Below, in pieces: positions 63,135 to 64,000 of a stretch of 64,000 nt of DNA. Origin of the DNA: an uncultured Acidiphilium sp. (lineage in GTDB: Bacteria; Bacillota; Clostridia; Christensenellales; Borkfalkiaceae); contig CAZHGN010000001.1 of NCBI GenBank assembly GCA_964532155.1, positions 20,825 to 84,824 on the forward strand, in the 5' to 3' direction. A program made the position numbers and the translations under genes. Position 1 is the first letter of the stretch. The number at the start of each line of letters is the position of its first letter. The notes below the pieces were generated by a model. The model made no database searches. It was not told where the DNA came from and worked only from the letters and a program-made list of their open reading frames with translations.

Positions 63135-64000
63135 TTAGCTGAGGTTAGCGGGATTTTCTTCAACCGTAATCAGTGCTCCTGCGTTTTTGTATTTTAGTGC
63201 CGAATCGAATATTTTAGCACGGAGATTATCGTCATTTTCAACGATTCGCATAAGCACTTGATATCGATATTTATTCTTTAAACGCTTTATCGGCGATTTC
63301 ATCTTGTTAAAGAACGAGAAGGAGTTTTTATTTGCATCGTAAACGTTTTTCAACTCAAAATATACGCTTTTTAGCGTTTCTAAGGCGTTATTTTCGTCAA
63401 CCGATTCTATCAATACGCGAATAATTCTGGAAAAGGGCGGAAAATGCGTTGCTCGCCTGATTGAAATTTCGCGGTTAAAAAGTCCTTCATAGTCGTAATT
63501 TAGGGCAAGTTTAAGTACGGGATTATTCGGCGAATACGTTTGAAGAACAACCGTACCCTTTTCATCCGCACGTCCACACCTCCCCGCAACTTGTGTTAAA
63601 AGCTGGTATGTGCGTTCGTTGCTACGGTAATCGCTGAAATGAAGACTCATGTCGGCATCGAGAATACCAACGAACGTAACGCTCGGAAAGTCATGCCCTT
63701 TCGCAATCATTTGCGTGCCGACGAGAATATCGGCTTTTCGCTCGGCAAACGCCGATAATATTTTATAATGCCCCTCTTTATTCGAGGTCGTGTCGTTGTC
63801 CATTCTTAAAATGGAAGCCGACGGAAAAAGTTCTTTGAGTTCAGAAACGATTTTTTGCGTTCCCGTGCCTATAAACGAAAGATTTGTAGAGCCGCATTCG
63901 GGACAAGCCGTAAGCATTTTATAGTTCGTTCCGCAATAATGGCATTTTAATAGGTTGCCGTCGCGGTGATAGTTAAGCGAAACGTCGCATTCCTTGCAAG
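63135..64000 (-). CDS. priA: Primosomal protein N' (PriA), C-terminal part; gene continues beyond the window end
   Basis: The frame is open to base 64000. It has the zinc-binding CPECGS plus upstream CKECD...CHYCG, the helicase C-domain GTQMIAKGHDFP, and GRCGR. Confidence 0.9.
   Translation of the reverse strand, partial: CKECDVSLNYHRDGNLLKCHYCGTNYKMLTACPECGSTNLSFIGTGTQKIVSELKELFPSASILRMDNDTTSNKEGHYKILSAFAERKADILVGTQMIAKGHDFPSVTFVGILDADMSLHFSDYRSNERTYQLLTQVAGRCGRADEKGTVVLQTYSPNNPVLKLALNYDYEGLFNREISIRRATHFPPFSRIIRVLIESVDENNALETLKSVYFELKNVYDANKNSFSFFNKMKSPIKRLKNKYRYQVLMRIVENDDNLRAKIFDSALKYKNAGALITVEENPANLS

Overview
This is a gene-dense chromosomal segment (about 58 CDS, roughly 90% coding). 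It comes from an endospore-forming Firmicute that looks Clostridia-like by gene content (spoVAC/AD/AE, spoIVB, SpoIIM-like, GerW/YtfJ-like). Almost everything is conserved housekeeping. (i) 1-7.7 kb holds the division/cell-wall cluster mraY(partial)-murD-ftsW-murA-ftsQ-ftsA-ftsZ. (ii) 9.9-19.9 kb holds comM/yifB-dprA-topA-trmFO-hslVU-hisS-dtd. (iii) 20-21.9 kb holds the spoVA operon. (iv) 23-31.5 kb holds plsX-rnc-smc-ftsY-M50 protease-scpAB. (v) 32-42.6 kb holds two PBP5-type carboxypeptidases, rluB, tkt, proS, mnmE and cca. (vi) 43.3-49.6 kb holds an OmpR/histidine-kinase operon with a translationally coupled third membrane gene, then spoIVB, a SpoIIM-like gene and a dacF-like gene. (vii) 56.7-64 kb holds the minus-strand cluster priA(partial)-def-fmt-rsmB-rlmN-rsgA-rpe. 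I recognised no rRNA, tRNA, CRISPR array, IS/transposon or prophage genes. I did not find a convincing multi-gene novel system such as a defence island. The most unusual items are listed here. (a) A 629-aa PadR-type DNA-binding domain is fused through a ~370-aa hyper-acidic spacer to a 4-TM membrane anchor. It is divergent from a lone tyrosine recombinase, and the 436-bp spacer between them carries a symmetric four-copy TTGCGAAAT motif. (b) rsgA seems to start at ATT, overlapping the rlmN stop. (c) The stp/prkC pair is absent from an otherwise canonical locus. (d) A GT-C-like membrane glycosyltransferase next to ftsZ has a greatly expanded first extracytoplasmic loop. (e) The two-component operon carries a PrsW-like but apparently catalytically dead membrane protein. 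(f) Several short ORFs fall below the ORF-track cutoff. All protein calls come from motif and architecture recognition by eye; no database search or folding computation was run.
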